Positions 59,926-64,000 of a DNA stretch of 64,000 bases are shown one piece after another; positions within the stretch are counted from its first letter, which is position 1, and every line of letters begins with the position of its first letter. The notes under the pieces are model-generated. The model saw nothing but the letters and a program-made list of their open reading frames with translations, searched no databases and had not been told where the DNA came from. Both the position numbers and the translations under genes were made by a program. Where the stretch lies: positions 11,532,001 through 11,596,000 of the forward strand of contig NC_091285.1 of the NCBI RefSeq assembly GCF_032444005.1, in the 5' to 3' direction. The DNA comes from Ranitomeya imitator. Its lineage: Eukaryota.

Positions 59926-60844
59926 GCACAGGTGTATATAGTTGGGCTCAGGTGGGCTTTTTTCTTGTAGGAAGATTTTGGGTGTTGTGATATCTTGGAG
60001 TGTTGGGACAGAGGACGTTCAGTTATCGCTGGTAATTAACTTCTGGTGGGATTTTGGGGGTCTCTGTTTATTAATTGGGTTATTTTTAATGGCTTTATTA
60101 ACCCTTTATGTGCAGTTGGTGTTTTTTTTTTTTTTTCTTGGAGGTTTTGGTGCCTTCATTGTTTGTTCAGTAATATGTGATGTGTAAAGTGGCTGATAAC
60201 TGTGAGCGGTAGCGGAAAGGTGCGAGTGCTTCAGAATAAATCTGGATTTTGGGCCCCGAACTATCATTTTAGGAACCAATGGGGCCCCTGGGTGCAGCGC
60301 AGGTCTGGCATCCTGGGCTCTGTTAATACAATATGTGATCAGATTGAACATCACAGCTGAGGGTTTGTTGCAGTGTTATATTTTTTTTTGTGGATTTTTA
60401 TATAAATTTATTTTTTTTATATATATTTTTTTTTTCTCCCCATCAAAACGTATAAACAAACTTTCTTTAAGTCAGTATTTGTCTCCAAGCTCCTATCCCA
60501 ATATGTAGTAGGTGTAATATTTTGCTAATGTCTCAAAATAGAGATGTAGTGTAGTTCTTCTGATTCGCCGTGTGCAGGGCATTGCAGTAGCTTGGATAGA
60601 TGACCACGAACAGTTAAGTGTCACTATGAGTGGTCTTTATCCATGGCTACGGAAGCCACTATAATGCCCTTCACATGGGGTAAGAAATGGTGAATCAGAA
60701 GAACTAGGCCTGAGACGACTCGTGAAGTACCACACTTGTGGTGTTATTATAACAGAACCCGAGACCGGCAGATGATGAGTTGTAGTTCGGCCCCATCGAC
60801 ATGATATTCTCTATACGTTTTTGTCCCCAGGCTATCCTGGCGCC

Positions 60845-63592
60845 ATGGTCCAGCTGTCGCCGTCCAGTCCCGCGGGGGACGGGAAGCCCCATGCTGAGCG
60901 TGGTCTGGCCTCGCTGCTGTCCACGGCGCCCCCGCTCCAGGTGTACGAGACGTACATGGAGAATGGCTTCATCAGCCTGAAACACAAGATCCGCAACATT
61001 GAGAAGAAGAAGGTAGAGGCCGCCGCTGTGCCGCTGGCCGGGGCTATCGGAGCTTGTGTTTACTCGTTAATTCAAAATGGCCGCCTTGTATCCACCATCT
61101 TGGTGTTGGCCTAAATAAACCAATCAGTGCTCAGCTTTCATTGTTTTTCCCTTCTCTGAAAAATGAACCCTGCTTTGTGATTGGTTGCTATGGGCAACAG
61201 TCAATTGTTCTCATAATTGAGGCCTAGTGTCTAAGTTGTGGGGGGACGTGGTTCTTTATCTATGCATTTTTTTATTTTATGGGAGTGCAGAGACCAAAAA
61301 ATAAAAAAAATTACCAAATGAAAAAATGCATTTTTTTTTTTTTTTTTTTTGTCAGGTAAAACTAGAAGATTACAGAGAACGTCTTAGAAATGGAGAGAAT
61401 CTGAATCCTGATCAGCTGGTATGTGGGGTGTTTTTTTTTTTTTCTGACCATTTTTGTGTACACAGCTCCTGTGCAGACATGCGTGTCTCCATGGTAACAG
61501 ACTACCACTATTTCTTACTAGTCTTTGGTTGCCATGTTCAAGGAAGGCATAAAATTGATCGTCTTCGATGTTTCTAGCAACTGTCCCTCTGACTACACTT
61601 CGGCTCCTGAGCAGGAAGTGTTATCATAGGGCCATGTTTGAGGTTTTTCTCATGGATTTCCTGTAAATCTGCAGTAAAGTCTTTGCGTGCTGGGAGTTGT
61701 AGTTTCCCCACAGCTTTGTGTTCACCGTGTCTTGCAGGAGGCCGTGGAGAAGTACGAGGAGGTTGTTCACAACCTGGATTTTGCTAAAGAGCTACAAAAA
61801 GTCTTCTCATCCCTGAGCCAAGATGTGAGTCTGAGGTCAGCGTGCTTGTTTCCTGAAATACTTTGTGCTGCTGGAGACCCACAAAACGTCTCATAACTTG
61901 GGTTTTCCCGTCTGTCCTGTGACCGCTCTTATCCCAGTTCTGATGTGTAGCTGGGGGTTTGTTACAGTGTATCAGGATCAGTACAGCTGTTCAGACTAAC
62001 TACTGCTTTCCTCCCAGTTACTTAAGGCTCAGAAGAAATCCGTCAGACGGGAGCAGGTCCAGAAGACTGAGGCGGAGAAGAAGCGTCTGCGCTCGGTGCT
62101 GGAGGTCCAGTACTTGTTACAGGCGTTCTGCCAGGATCACGTCCAGCAGGACTTCAAAGATGGCGTGAACGGAGCCATGTACATCTCCTCTAAGGAGCTG
62201 GACGGTCTCTCAAAATTCGCCAAACTCGTCTGTCACAAAAGGTTTCCACACATGAGGTGAGATGGTTGGAAAAAAAAAATGATGGACTCCGGAGCTGCAC
62301 TCGCTTTTTTTGCTTGGTGCATACGTTACTGATTCAGTTCTGGACTCCAGTGCTGCACTCGCTGTGCTGCAGTGTTATTGGTGTTGTCTCTTTTCAGTCT
62401 AGAAGACGAGATGGATCAGTTGTCTGTTTATCTGTGGAACCTTCTGGAAGGCAATGATAAGACGGTGGCAGGGACGAACTGTGAGTAGTCCTGGAGTTCT
62501 TGGCCTTCACTTTATGGTGGTGACTTCTGACATTGGGGAGGTAGATTGTCCCGTGCTCCATATTGACCTCCCAGGGTGTCGTACATCACAGCATCTACTC
62601 GTCATTGCCTTGTGACTTCTTCTAGTCTGAAGTCTCTTGTCTGTTGTATCCCTTAGATAAGTCCCTGAAGGACCTGGTGGCCCGGATGCTGGACTGTGGA
62701 TACTTCGAAAGTGTGCCAGATCCTCCACCTGAGAAACCGGTAATCTTACCGGAGAAACCATTGAAAACTGAAACCAGCCCAGTGTCTCCAACTAAAGCAG
62801 ACGATCAAGGAGTAAAGTCCAACATGGCAGGAGGTGGAGGTGACAACCGTTCTATTCACGCCGGTCAATAGCTTGTTTCTGTAGAACACTACCTATGTCT
62901 ACCGGCCATGTTTGGTATGGCAGTTCGGCTCCACTGAAGTGTGTGGGTTACCTCTCAACCCCCTACAAAGGGGATGGTACTCCTGCGTGGTTGCCCAAAA
63001 AAAACTACAGCCATGTTGAGGGAGGGTGGAATTAGCAGGAACTTCAGTGTATATAGCATGGATCAAGTGGACTGCTGAGTCTCAGAGATGGGTATAAAAT
63101 ACCTGTGACAGTACAGATCAGGTGGAGTGATTGATCAATGTCAACTAACTTGCAGATTTTGTCCCTAGAGTCTTCTGTGGTGCATGTGAAGTCAGGCCCT
63201 CCTTCTCTCCAGGATCAAATGACAGTGAGTCGGGTAATTCAGCCACTAAGGACACCTAGGATAAGTCTATGGCCGGCTTGTTGTATTGGGCATACCTGGT
63301 ACCGGCAACCTTGTGTTCTTCCTGCTGCCCTAACTGTTCTCCTGACTTCTAGCCCGCCATCAGGCATTGTGAACCAAAAATCGAGCGCTCTCCTCAAACT
63401 ACTGAGATGCCGAAACCAGTGCTGGTGATGAAACCCTGGACGGGGGCCACTGCTGTGAAGCTACAAGAACAACCAAAGAGGTGGCAATCTCCATTATCGC
63501 TGTTGCCTCTGACAAAGCCCTGGGAGACTAAGAGTGTCCCTCAACCTGCAGTCCCTCAACCAAAGAAATGTGAACTGGAGGCCCCGAAGGAG
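60845..63592 (+). CDS. CAPRIN2: Caprin-2, 5' part (continues beyond the window)
   Basis: Exons (plus): 60845-61012, 61356-61418, 61738-61824, 62018-62256, 62398-62480, 62657-about 62833/62839, 63169-63224, 63353-63592. YETYMENGFISLKHKIRNIEKKK-VKLEDY...LNPDQL-EAVEKYEEV.HNL.FAKELQK match the caprin HR-1 region; MVQL start and IPO8 adjacency indicate CAPRIN2. The last three exons are less certain. Confidence 0.9.
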
Positions 63593-64000
63593 GTAATCGG
63601 TTCCTGCCTGGTGCAGAGTCTGGGCATCTAGATGCCCATCCATCTAATAGCTGGGGTTTCTTAGATGTGCGGTGGTGGCACGTCGCAATTTTGACTTCAT
63701 TGCCAAAAAATAGAGGGGGAGAGACTTAATGGAGTAATGGGCAAGTCTCCTAGAAGCTGGTATTTCTGAGATCTGAAACCTGGCATCCTACTGGGTCTTC
63801 TGGTGCAGGAACATGGACATGGCCTTTTAAGTGGGGCATGGTAATGCATTGGCTATTCCTTAAAGGAGAAGGCTGGGACTATTTCTTCAAGGTGAAATTA
63901 GTCTTTTGTTCCCTAGTGGGTTCAGGAACAGTTATGTTTCCTTGATAAATCAAGCTTCTGGGTGTAGGTGCCAGCGAGGCCACTTAGACCTGGTACCTCC

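Overview
Vertebrate genomic DNA, most likely a frog (inferred from the repeat families), with a 170-N gap at 26016-26185. By hand-splicing I recovered four genes. Two are tandem, intact, 11-exon minus-strand paralogues encoding secreted poly(3-hydroxybutyrate) (PHB/PHA) depolymerase-like alpha/beta-hydrolases of the fungal-type, circularly permuted family: paralogue A at 5322-12675 (330 aa) and paralogue B at 22882-37424 (328 aa), about 70% identical with the same intron positions. The others are a complete 25-exon importin-8 (IPO8, minus, 39667-58815, 1024 aa) and the 5' part of CAPRIN2 (plus, from 60845), head-to-head with IPO8. The rest is transposon debris (Penelope-like element, Gypsy remnant with solo LTRs, two Tc1 elements, and non-autonomous hAT, piggyBac-like, Harbinger and T2 elements) plus minisatellite arrays covering roughly a third of the window. 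The standout is the duplicated, signal-peptide-bearing polyester depolymerase locus with complete Ser-Asp-His triads in a vertebrate.
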